A stretch of DNA of 64,000 bases from contig OY969762.1 in the NCBI GenBank assembly GCA_963702835.1, forward strand, positions 1,838,626 to 1,902,625, written 5' to 3'. This DNA comes from Candidatus Aminicenantes bacterium (GTDB lineage: Bacteria > Acidobacteriota > Aminicenantia > Aminicenantales > JAFGAV01). The translations under genes and the position numbers were made by a program. The notes under the pieces are model-generated. The model saw only the letters and a list, made by a program, of their open reading frames with translations. It did no database searches and was not told the DNA's origin. Below, piece after piece: positions 52,635-61,600 of this stretch; position 1 is the stretch's first letter; every line of letters begins with the position of its first letter.

Positions 52635-53761
52635 TGAAGAAGATTTTCCACATCATCCGCAAGGAGTTCATCCAGGTGCGCCGGGACCCCAAGCTCTTCC
52701 CCATCCTCCTCTTAGCGCCCATCCTGCAGCTCCTTCTTCTGGGCTACGCCGTGAACCTCGACACCAAGGACATCCCCGGCGTCGTCTGTGACCTGGACGG
52801 GACGCCGGCCAGCCGGGAGTTCATTTCCCGATTCTTCCACTCCGGCTACTTCAGCCTCAAGGAGCGGGTGGCCGCGGCGGAGGATGTCGGGCGATTCCTG
52901 GACAACGGCCGGGCCTCGATAGCCTTTGTCGTGCCGCGCGGTTTTGGAAATCATCTAGCGGCGGGCCGGACGGCCAGCGTCCAGGTTCTGCTGGACGGGA
53001 CGGAAAGCCAGTCGGCCACGGTCGGAGCGGGCTATGTTTCCCTGATCACCTCCCGCTATGCCCAGGAGAAATCCGGCCGAATCCTGGAAGGGCTCAGGGC
53101 CGCCGGGATAAAGCCCGTCCAGGTTGACCCTGAGATCCGGGTCTGGTACAACCCCGAGCTCAAAAGCCGCAACTTCATGGTCCCCGGCGTGCTGGGGCTC
53201 ATCCTGCTGGTCATGACCATGATGCTGACGTCCATGGCCGTGGTTCGGGAGAAAGAGATGGGAACCATGGAGCAGCTCAGCGTGACCCCCATCCGGCCGC
53301 TGGAGCTCATCGCCGGAAAGCTCCTCCCCTTCCTGATCATCGGGATCGTGGACGTCCTGCTGGTCACCGGTGTGTCGGTCTGGCTGTTCAAGGTTCCCAT
53401 CCGGGGGAGCGTCTGGCTCCTTTTCGGGCTGAGTCTTATCTTTATGATGTCCACCCTCGGGCTGGGGCTTTTCACCTCGACCATCTCCCACAACCAGCAG
53501 CAAGCCATGCTGATGACCGTCTTGTTCATGATGCCCATGATTTTTTTCTCGGGGTTTGTATTTCCCATTGACAACATGCCCAAGGTCATCCAGTGGTTTA
53601 CCTATCTCATGCCGCTGCGCTACTACTGCGTCATCATCCGCGGCATCTATCTCAAGGGCGTGGGCCTGGCCGAGCTGTGGGGACAAGCGCTGGCCCTGCT
53701 GGTGTTCGGCCTGACCATTCTGGCCCTGAGCGTGCTGCGCTTCAGCAAGAAAGTCGGCTAG
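52634..53761 (+). CDS. ABC-2 type transporter permease
   Basis: It is a paralog of 51462-52634, sharing WYNPEL and REKE.GTMEQL motifs. It overlaps the upstream stop (TGATG). Confidence 0.8.
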   Translation: MKKIFHIIRKEFIQVRRDPKLFPILLLAPILQLLLLGYAVNLDTKDIPGVVCDLDGTPASREFISRFFHSGYFSLKERVAAAEDVGRFLDNGRASIAFVVPRGFGNHLAAGRTASVQVLLDGTESQSATVGAGYVSLITSRYAQEKSGRILEGLRAAGIKPVQVDPEIRVWYNPELKSRNFMVPGVLGLILLVMTMMLTSMAVVREKEMGTMEQLSVTPIRPLELIAGKLLPFLIIGIVDVLLVTGVSVWLFKVPIRGSVWLLFGLSLIFMMSTLGLGLFTSTISHNQQQAMLMTVLFMMPMIFFSGFVFPIDNMPKVIQWFTYLMPLRYYCVIIRGIYLKGVGLAELWGQALALLVFGLTILALSVLRFSKKVG

Positions 53762-54048
53762 CCCGCCGAAATCGGCTTTTTTTCTTCCTCAATCCGAAAA
53801 ATAACCTTGGCCAGCGGGTCGGGGCACTGAAATTCCCGGGTGATATTTAGAATGTCGTTATCCGGGTCGGTGGGAATGCCGGCCGCGATGATGGGTTGAA
53901 GGATGCTGCCCAGGGCAAACAGGCAGACTCCGGTTCCCGGAGGGATTTCCAGTCGCGCATTGCGCACATAAAAATAATCCCCCTCTGTGGACCGGCTGCA
54001 GGGCCCTTCAACTTTGACGATGGTGACCTTGAAGTTTTTTAGTTTCAT
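53758..54048 (-). CDS. small TIGR04076-like protein of unknown function
   Basis: The 96-aa product has the Cys pattern GPCSRS...PPGTGVCLFALGSILQPIIAAG...QCPDP. This resembles the TIGR04076 family layout (C..C.PG.C...CPDP). Confidence 0.45.
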   Translation of the reverse strand: MKLKNFKVTIVKVEGPCSRSTEGDYFYVRNARLEIPPGTGVCLFALGSILQPIIAAGIPTDPDNDILNITREFQCPDPLAKVIFRIEEEKKPISAG

Positions 54049-54278
54049 CGTTGTTTTTGACCTCCTGAGCCGAAACGCCTGAACGCTGCTATTTTTTCAG
54101 ATTTCGGAGTCGGCCGGCAAGAGCCAATTTTCCCTGCCAATTGCTTCGCCATGCTTTCCGGCAATTTTATAGTACAATTGGGCGGAATGGCTCCCGTGCG
54201 AATGGTCAATCGGATAAAATAAGCTTATCGGATGCGGACCTCGAATATGCTTCCACAAGGTTGCCGAGGGGATTTTTC

Positions 54279-55754
54279 ATGAGGCGTAAACTGCTTGCCT
54301 TTCTTGTTTTGTCAGCGGTTTTGACCCCCTTCTTGGGAGCAGGCCTGGAGGAAGCCTGGCAGATCTATTTCGCCCAGGCCGATCAAGCCCTCCTGTCCTC
54401 CAAATACCAGGAAGCCATTGGATATTACCTTAAGGGGATTTTCTTCGCTCCGCCCAGCGAGATCCCCAAAACTTGGGACGATCTGGGCTATGCCTATCTG
54501 CAGATGCGCTCTCTGAAAGATGCGGTCGAATATTGTCAGAGGGCCCTGGCCTGGCATCCGGACAACTATGACCTCCACCTCTATCTTGCTCTGGCCTATT
54601 TGCTTTCCGATGACCTGAAACGGACCGACCAAGAATTGAAATGCATCGAACAGAAAATCTATTTCACGGAGGGTTGGGTTGAAAAAGCCCTGGGCTTCAA
54701 GCCCAAAAACAAACAGGGGGAGGAGGTTTCCAGGGAACAACTGGAACGGCTCAAGAAAGAAAAAGGGATAGGTCTCTTCCCGGACACCTCTTCCTCCGTG
54801 ACCGTGAACTTGGATGCCTTCGATGAGAGGAATGAGGGAGTCTTCTATTTTATACGGGGGCTGGTCGACGCACAAACGGGGGATCGGAAGCAGGCCCAGG
54901 AGATGTTCCGGGCCGCCGTCGAGGCCGGCTATGATCCGGAGGCCGTCCGCCTCGGACAAACACATCCTCCACGAGAGATTCCCCTCAGAATTTTTCACAG
55001 GATCTGGGAACATAACAACAGATTGGCTTTGACCTTACACGAGAAATTCGTGAAACAGGTCGAGGGCGGCCACATCGAGAAGGCGATCCAGACGCTCCAG
55101 GAAGCCTTGGAAGTCTACGAGCAATCCTTTGAACTCAATTACAATTTGGCCATACTCTCCTACGATGTCCACAACCTGGACCAGGCTGAAATCTCCTGCG
55201 CCCGCGCCTTATGGTTTAAGGAGAGCGATCCCGCCGCCCATGAGTTGATGGGGAATATCTATTTCAACCATAAGGCCTATGATCGGGCTCTCCTGGAATT
55301 CAGACGGGTGATTGAAATCGACGAGCGCAACGCCGCCGGCCATTTCAACCTGGGCTCGGCCTATTACCAGCTCGGCGATTCGGTCCTGGCCGAGACTCAC
55401 TGGAAAAAGGCGGTGGCCTGCGACCCGGCCGGCATGAACGAGGACAAGGCTCAACCGGGCGCTGAATTGCACTATTCGTCCCTTGTCAAAAAGACTCCCA
55501 TCGCCCATAAAGCCCATCTCGCTCTGGGGAATTTATATTCCGAACGGGGCCGCCCGGAAATGGCCATAACGGAATTCGAGGCCTCCGCCCGGCTCAAACC
55601 CGAAGACCCGGAGCCGTATTGGCATCTCGGGAAGCTTTATCTGGAACAAAAGGAAACGGATAAAGCACTGGCCTGTTTAAAGAAATATCTCTATTTGGGC
55701 GGACAGAATGAACACGAGGCCAACCAACTCTTGGACTCAATAAAAAAGAAATAG
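54279..55754 (+). CDS. TPR-repeat protein with signal peptide
   Basis: Multiple 34-aa TPR motifs (W-LG-Y, A-F-P patterns) are present. The start at ATG 54279 (MRRKLLAFLVLSAV...) is preferred over the ORF-track 54141. Confidence 0.7.
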   Translation: MRRKLLAFLVLSAVLTPFLGAGLEEAWQIYFAQADQALLSSKYQEAIGYYLKGIFFAPPSEIPKTWDDLGYAYLQMRSLKDAVEYCQRALAWHPDNYDLHLYLALAYLLSDDLKRTDQELKCIEQKIYFTEGWVEKALGFKPKNKQGEEVSREQLERLKKEKGIGLFPDTSSSVTVNLDAFDERNEGVFYFIRGLVDAQTGDRKQAQEMFRAAVEAGYDPEAVRLGQTHPPREIPLRIFHRIWEHNNRLALTLHEKFVKQVEGGHIEKAIQTLQEALEVYEQSFELNYNLAILSYDVHNLDQAEISCARALWFKESDPAAHELMGNIYFNHKAYDRALLEFRRVIEIDERNAAGHFNLGSAYYQLGDSVLAETHWKKAVACDPAGMNEDKAQPGAELHYSSLVKKTPIAHKAHLALGNLYSERGRPEMAITEFEASARLKPEDPEPYWHLGKLYLEQKETDKALACLKKYLYLGGQNEHEANQLLDSIKKK

Positions 55755-55946
55755 ACAGTCGGGCGCTCGATCCGGCCAAGCCCGTCATTCGGCGGATCGC
55801 CCTGAAGCTGAAATACATCCCTCTTACTTGACTTCCACGACCGGCAACAGGACGTGCGAGGGAAACTCGGCCGTGTGGTAAATCCTTTGCGCGGCCTTGC
55901 AGAATTTCGTCTCCTTCTCGTTGTGCCCGCCCGTGTTCAAGGAAAT

Positions 55947-56018
55947 AAGGTGACAGTTATCCAAATACCCTAATTATCAAGACGTAATTTCAGTAATTAG
56001 ATGACTGTCACGTTTATT
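55947..56018. repeat. palindromic ~72-nt intergenic repeat, copy 1 of 3 (MITE/REP-like)
   Basis: The sequence is aaggtgacagttatccaaataccctaattatcaagacgtaatttcagtaattagatgactgtcacgtttattc. The inverted arms are ggtgacagttatccaaatacc and ggtaattagatgactgtcacc. Confidence 0.8.
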
Positions 56019-56200
56019 CACATCGTGCCGAGCGGCCATTCCACACGCCGCGAAAAAAGTAAACTCCTATCCCTCAAGAAACCCTAAGAGCGGGGTCGCG
56101 GCGTAGCGCCTATTGACAGGCGTCTGATTCAGGCCTAAGCTTTTTACGAACTCAGCGCAATGTCTTCAGGGATGGGAAACATATCTGGAAGGAGGAAAGG

Positions 56201-56749
56201 ATGACGAGGAAGGTCCTAATCATGACTTTAACGGCCGGCCTTGCCTTAGGGGGGATTATCGTGGCCGCTCAGATCAAGACGACGTCTTCGCCGCCCGATT
56301 CACAGCTTCTAGCGCCGACGGACCCGAATTTGCCGGACCTCATCGTTGAAGAGATCAGGTTCACCATCGAGTCCTCAGGAAGCGGCGGCACGAACGTGCG
56401 GATCTGGTACACGATCGGCAATCAGTCCGATTTCCTCTCGAGATGCTGCCCCACCGAAGAAGGAAAAAAAGCTTGGAAGAATAATCCCGTCGAGAATTGC
56501 CTGTTCCACGTCTCCTTGGAGGAAAGGGACTACCCGAGCGGTAGATACCACTGCATCGCCAGCAGTTCGACGGAGTTGACGCCTCACCAGAATCAGACTT
56601 TCAACCAGTTGGTTGTCGTTCCCTCCGGAAAGCAGAGACAGTACAGGGTCAAGGTCGATCCCGAGAATTGGATCAGAGAGAAAAATGACGCCAATAATGA
56701 AAAAGAGGCCCGCTGGCCTATTCCAGCGCTCCAACCGCCCATTAAATAA
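56201..56749 (+). CDS. secreted protein with CARDB-like β-sandwich features, unknown function
   Basis: It has a signal peptide and PDLIVEEI...VRIWYTIGNQ (CARDB-like). A GGAGGAAAGG SD precedes it. It is flanked by repeat copies 1 and 2. Confidence 0.45.
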   Translation: MTRKVLIMTLTAGLALGGIIVAAQIKTTSSPPDSQLLAPTDPNLPDLIVEEIRFTIESSGSGGTNVRIWYTIGNQSDFLSRCCPTEEGKKAWKNNPVENCLFHVSLEERDYPSGRYHCIASSSTELTPHQNQTFNQLVVVPSGKQRQYRVKVDPENWIREKNDANNEKEARWPIPALQPPIK

Positions 56750-56755
56750 GGAAAC

Positions 56756-56828
56756 AAGGTGACAGTTATCCAAATACCTTAATTATTAAGACGTAAATTC
56801 GGTAATTAGATGACTGTCACCTTTATTC
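56756..56828. repeat. palindromic ~72-nt intergenic repeat, copy 2 of 3
   Basis: The sequence is aaggtgacagttatccaaataccttaattattaagacgtaaattcggtaattagatgactgtcacctttattc. Confidence 0.8.
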
Positions 56829-56914
56829 CAGCGGACGAGTTCACCTGCTTAATCGAGCAGACTTTATCGCTTATTAATATAATATCTAAGAATATTTAAG
56901 GGAGGGTGGCCGAA

Positions 56915-57298
56915 ATGCCAAAGAACGCGGCCTGTATCAAGCTTCTTCTCTGGGTCGGGATTGCCATATTCCTGCTTTGGTTTCTAGCCTTTTCCATCGC
57001 GCCCGAACGCCTGCTCCCCGCTCTGGGTCTCTCCGAAAATCATGGTTTCATCCCACGTTTGTATGGAATCTTCCAGTTGAGTTGGGCCATGTTATTCTTT
57101 TTCGCGTTGAAAGACATCGAAAAGAATATCGCCATCATCAACGGCGCCATAATCACCGGAGCCCTGACGGTTATTTTTCTCGTGGCTTACCACATCGCAA
57201 AAATCAAAACAGGCTGGTTCCTCTTGGCAAGCGCGGCCGTTCTGCTCATCTATACCGCGCTGCTTTATATTTGTAAGCCAAAAGCCACGCGGCCGTAA
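56915..57298 (+). CDS. small integral membrane protein (4 TM), unknown function
   Basis: ATG 56915 follows the AAGGGAGGG SD. The ORF track starts at GTG 56906. Four hydrophobic helices are predicted. Confidence 0.5.
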   Translation: MPKNAACIKLLLWVGIAIFLLWFLAFSIAPERLLPALGLSENHGFIPRLYGIFQLSWAMLFFFALKDIEKNIAIINGAIITGALTVIFLVAYHIAKIKTGWFLLASAAVLLIYTALLYICKPKATRP

Positions 57299-57354
57299 AT
57301 CAGCCGGCGACTCTACAGGGGTTTGCTTTTCGGCCTCGCCTAAAAGGTGAAATA

Positions 57355-57426
57355 AGATGACAGTTATCCAAATACCCTAATTATCGAGACGCAATTTCGG
57401 TAATTAGATGACTGTCACCTTTATTC
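57355..57426. repeat. palindromic ~72-nt intergenic repeat, copy 3 of 3
   Basis: The sequence is aagatgacagttatccaaataccctaattatcgagacgcaatttcggtaattagatgactgtcacctttattc. Confidence 0.8.
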
Positions 57427-57436
57427 CACTCTAGAG

Positions 57437-59439
57437 TTACTTCTTCAAGAATCGATCAAACCAGTCAACCGTCCGCTGGATCCGATCGATCTGGTGGTTC
57501 GGCTCTTGGAAGCCGTGCGGCTCGCGCGGATAGCGGACCATTTCCGTCTCGATGCCGTTCTTCTTCAGAGCCATGTACATCTGCTCGCCCTGCTCGATCG
57601 GAACTCGGCGATCCGCCTCGCCGTGCAAAATAAGCGTCGGGGCCTTGGCTTTCGCCACATTCGTGATGGGTGAGCTGCGACTGGTAGATCTCGACGGCTT
57701 CCCACGGTCTGCCGGTCATGTAGTAAACGGTGAAACGCTGAATATCCGTCGTTCCGAAGAAGCTGATCATGTTCGACATGCCCGCCCCGGGTACGGCCGC
57801 CTTGAATCGATCGCTGTGGGTGTTGATGAAGTTCGACATATATCCGCCATAGCTCCAGCCCTCGACTCCGAGGCGGTCCGGATCGGCGATGCCTTTGGCG
57901 ATCACGTCATCGACTCCAGTCATGATGTCCTGGAAGTCGACCACGCCCCATTTCCCGACATTGGCTTCGATATGTTTTCTTCCGTATCCGTCGCTCCCGC
58001 GGAAATTGGGCGCAAAGACGACATAGCCGCGTCCGGCCATGACCTGCCACATGCCGTTGAACCTTGTTGACTGAACGCCCGCGGGTCCGCCGTGGGGCTC
58101 GACGATCATCGGGTATTTTGTGCCGGGCTGATAATCGACCGGTTTGACGAGCAGGCCTTCAATCTCGCCGCCGTCGGGGTTCTTCCAGCGAATCACTTCG
58201 GTTGTCCCCAGCTTGAAATCATCCACCTGAGGGTTCATCTTGGTCAGCGCCTTCGCGTTCGTCCCGTCTGCGGCGGCTATCCAAACGTCCGCGGGACGCA
58301 GCGGGTCGCTGAGCGTAAAGACGAGGATTTTTCCGTCCTTCGATAGCCGTCCGGCCCCGATCACCCGCTCTCCGGAGATGAGCGGCTTGACGGGTCCGCC
58401 GTCCGCCGGGACCGAGAACAGATGCGTGTTCGTGCCCATGCCGGCCTGAAAATAAATCGTCTTGCCGTCGGGCGACCAGACAGGATTGGACTTCGTTACG
58501 GTCGAAAGCCTCCGTCAGGTTGCGCGGCTGACCGCCCGTGGACGGCATGACCAGAATATCATTCTGTCCGCCTGACTGGGGCTTCGTGCCGGCCAGGTAA
58601 GCAATGAAGCGGCCGTCGGGCGACCAGCGCGGGCTGGCATCCGGTCCCTCATTTTTCGTCAACATCACGGGCGTCCCTCCGGATGCCGGTATGACCATGA
58701 TGTCTCCAAGGACGCCGTCATCGGCTTTGGGACTGGGGCGCGTCACATAGGCGATTTGTTTTCCATCGGGCGACCACTGGGGATCGGTGGCGTCCAATCG
58801 GTCATGGGTCATCTGATTTGCCTGTCGGCCGGCGATGTCAATGACCCAGAGCTGGCTCATCTTGATATCCTTGTCCACGACGATCATGTCCCGCTTCTCT
58901 TTCATGCGTTTCTGCTCTTCGTCGCTGGCGGGCTCGGGCGAGACAAAAGCGATCCTTGCGCTGTCGGGCGACCAGCTATAGCCCCCTCCGCCAAACCCGG
59001 CTGCGGAGACGCCTCCTTTGACGTCCGTCAACTGCTGAGCCTCCCCTCCCGCGGCCGGAATGATCCAGATTTGGGATTTCGCGGCTCCATCGCCGTCCGC
59101 CGCGCGCTTCCCCTCGCGGTTGGAGATGAAGGCGATCCATTTCCCGTCTGGAGACCATTGGGGCGCGCTCTCGTTTTTTAAGCTCCAGGTGAAACGGTGC
59201 GGCTCACCGCCGGCGGCCGCAACCATCCAAAGATGAGAAAAGGACTCATTGGCTTTAAGGTCTGCCTCCGACATGACGAAGACCACCTGTCTGCCGTCAG
59301 GCGAAATCTGAGGGTTCGAGACAGCCTTGAGGGTCACGACATCCTCGGCTGTCATGACCCGCTTCTGGGCGGGTGCCGCCATCGCGAATAAGATACACAG
59401 CACCGCAATCGACAATAGAACTCTTCGCAGTCTCAACAT
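57437..59439 (-). CDS. S9-family serine peptidase (N-terminal β-propeller + prolyl-oligopeptidase α/β-hydrolase domain); two apparent frameshifts (~58490-58510 and ~57650-57675)
   Basis: There are three consecutive minus-strand ORFs. The first is a β-propeller with repeated SPDG motifs. The second is the catalytic domain with GWSYGG. The third is the C-terminus with APTLILHGEADRRVP and PREPHGF. The natural peptide continues in shifted frames at both junctions. The start ATG 59439 follows the AAGGAGG SD. Confidence 0.7.
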
Positions 59440-59603
59440 CAAAGTTTCCTCCTTAAGGGATAGTTAACATGCCAACGCGCACTTCATCTTCAAGCAATAT
59501 TCGAACGCTTGCGAATATATTATAATATTGTTGATTCTCTTGCATTAGCTAGAGAGAAATCTTTATGGAAATAAGGTGGAAATCAGGATCAATCGTATCT
59601 ATT

Positions 59604-60566
59604 TTATTGCCAAGGGCCACCCGCTGGCCACTTAAGATTAAAGGGCTTATCATCGATCAAAGCGGCGGCGAGGGGCGTAAGGAATCGACGGAGAGCTTTT
59701 ACTACCCTCTCGAGGCTCGGAGCGGATGAAGCCCGGCCGATGCGTTCTAAAAAAGCCCTCCATCGCCCCTGATTTTCGGCGCTGTTATAAAACTCCTTCG
59801 ACAAACCGAGAGGCAATGCCGCCGGCAGTTGTGTTCTTCGCGTTTTGAACGTTGCCTCCACGGCTTTAGACAAAGTACTGCCCTCAAAACCAAAATTCTG
59901 CGACATCTCAAAAAGATCAAAATAGTCCTTGAGGCGGCTGTTGATCATGCCGAAAAATACGACAGTCTGATATTTCTCCGCGACAACAGACTCTTTTGAA
60001 TAAATCTTGATTCGTGGTTTAGGCAGGCCCAAAAGAGAGGGAAACGATTGGATCGTTGGGCGCGGGATTATTTTATCGCCGAATCCGATATCAAATTGAA
60101 GCGGTGTCCGGGCTGTCCCCAGATGACCAACGACTCGGACTCTTAGCCCTCCATAAAACTGGCCTTGCCGTGTAGGTTCCGTTCTGATCGTATCAGCGTC
60201 AAATGTCATCCCATCTGTTTTAAAAGTCTGGCGGCACACGGAAGAAAAGATCGCCTCCATATGGCGGGCCTTGGGTTCTCCAAAACTTAGAAAATCCGCG
60301 TCTCGAGTAGGACGGCAAGCGGCCGGATTCCATATTTCGAAGAGAAACGCACCCTTGAGAACGAGATTCTTAGCTAACCGGTTTTGGCCCAAGCGGTAGA
60401 GAAAACGTTCAATCGCATACCTATTCAAAGTCCGTTGAAATTCTTCTTTTCTGTCACGGGAGATATTGAGCAATCTCTGCCGGATCGAAGAGGGAATGTC
60501 CGACAGGCCGGTTGTTTTCAAACCAGAGCTTCCAAATATGGCCGGATAATTTTCTCGACTCGGCAA
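59604..60566 (-). CDS. AbiEii/AbiGii-family nucleotidyltransferase toxin (type IV TA)
   Basis: LKGAFLFEIW...RPTRDADFL is the AbiEii motif. The 320-aa product is immediately downstream of, and overlapping, the abiEi-like gene. Confidence 0.75.
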   Translation of the reverse strand: MPSRENYPAIFGSSGLKTTGLSDIPSSIRQRLLNISRDRKEEFQRTLNRYAIERFLYRLGQNRLAKNLVLKGAFLFEIWNPAACRPTRDADFLSFGEPKARHMEAIFSSVCRQTFKTDGMTFDADTIRTEPTRQGQFYGGLRVRVVGHLGTARTPLQFDIGFGDKIIPRPTIQSFPSLLGLPKPRIKIYSKESVVAEKYQTVVFFGMINSRLKDYFDLFEMSQNFGFEGSTLSKAVEATFKTRRTQLPAALPLGLSKEFYNSAENQGRWRAFLERIGRASSAPSLERVVKALRRFLTPLAAALIDDKPFNLKWPAGGPWQ

Positions 60567-61123
60567 ACCTTAGCAGCACGATATAGGGCATCCGAGTTGA
60601 AACGCCTTTCCCGCCAGCCCTCGCGCAACGCTTCGAGCGCGATATCCAGACCGATTTTATTTCGAAACTTAAAGCAATCAGCCACAGTCTTGGCCGGGCT
60701 CGTTATGGATACGGGGATGGCATGAATATTATGGTGTTCCACTCCATAGAGGAGAGAGGATTTTGAGAACCTGACAATTTTAAGGCTAATACCCGTGTTT
60801 CGCGGCTTTCTGGCTTTACGGTCAATGGCCAGCCATATCTGATGAGGATTCTGAGTTCCGATTTCGTGATATCTCAAGGCCGAGAGCAAGCATATAACGC
60901 CGTGAGGCACGCGGAGGCTAATCTCCATCAACATCTGCTGTTCTGATGTGATTTTTTCCGGCAGGTAGACAATTCCTCTTCCCGTGGAAACGATCTTGTT
61001 TTTTTTCAAAAGACGGAACACGACCATAGGCGGGATTCCAAGCGCATCGATATCCCTCGACCTCATCATCGGCCTTTTTTCAAGGATCTTGAGAAGACGC
61101 TTTTCTTGGGTGATTTTTGTCAT
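60518..61123 (-). CDS. AbiEi-family antitoxin / transcriptional regulator
   Basis: The N-terminal wHTH is ITQEKRLLKILEKRPMMRSRDIDALGIPPMVVFRLLKKNKIVSTGRGIVYL, and the C-terminal domain has PHGVICLLSALRYHE. ATG 61123 is preferred. ATG 61171 is an alternative, but it lies within the inverted repeat. Confidence 0.7.
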   Translation of the reverse strand: MTKITQEKRLLKILEKRPMMRSRDIDALGIPPMVVFRLLKKNKIVSTGRGIVYLPEKITSEQQMLMEISLRVPHGVICLLSALRYHEIGTQNPHQIWLAIDRKARKPRNTGISLKIVRFSKSSLLYGVEHHNIHAIPVSITSPAKTVADCFKFRNKIGLDIALEALREGWRERRFNSDALYRAAKVCRVEKIIRPYLEALV

Positions 61124-61143
61124 ATTAATCTTTGTTAGCAATA

Positions 61144-61169
61144 GTCGGCACTTATTATTTTGTGCCGAC
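61144..61169. promoter_or_regulatory. perfect 8-bp inverted repeat (gtcggcac-N10-gtgccgac) upstream of abiEi; candidate autoregulatory operator
   Basis: It was seen directly in the sequence. AbiEi antitoxins are known to bind inverted repeats in their own promoter. Confidence 0.4.
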
Positions 61170-61478
61170 ATATTCTAACACGACCGTAGAGGGAGTCAAC
61201 TCCCGAAAGAATTGCACAATTAGGCAACTTATCTCAGGCATTTGACATTTAATAGATCGAGCCTTGAAACGGGGTGGCGTTATTTCCTTCTCGGTCATGC
61301 TGACCGACGACTGGTACAAGACGCATCACCGCAGCGACCATCCCGTATCCCCGCGCCTCTGGCTTGAATGGTTGATGGCTCAGGGCTTTGATCCTTGCGA
61401 CATGGTCTGGCGCAAGACGGTATTCGGTGTGATCAGGGCTACAAAGGCTTAGGTTTAGTTCATTCGCGGGGAGAAGAT

Positions 61479-61554
61479 TGGTAGCGCTACGGGGATTCGA
61501 ACCCCGGTCTGATGGCTGAGAACCACCTGTCCTGGGCCTCTAGACGATAGCGCC
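61479..61554 (-). tRNA. tRNA-Glu (anticodon CTC), CCA encoded
   Basis: The manual fold is: acceptor GGCGCTA/TAGCGCT (with G1-U72), D-arm CGTCTAGAGGCCCAGGAC typical of tRNA-Glu, anticodon stem GGTGG/CCATC with loop TTCTCAG (anticodon CUC), T-stem CGGGG/CCCCG with TTCGAAT, discriminator A, then CCA. Confidence 0.8.
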
Positions 61555-61600
61555 GAAGGCCTAGGCAAAATAGCAAATTCCAATTAGCCTGTCAATCGGC

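Noticed and set aside
55947-57426. CRISPR array
   Set aside because: There are only three repeat copies, spaced ~800 and ~600 bp apart with whole genes between them. The repeats are long palindromic hairpins, not 25-40-nt direct repeats with short spacers.
61264-61452. 62-aa ORF between abiEi and tRNA-Glu; possible integrase remnant
   Set aside because: It is too short and has no catalytic motifs. The idea rests only on its position next to a tRNA.
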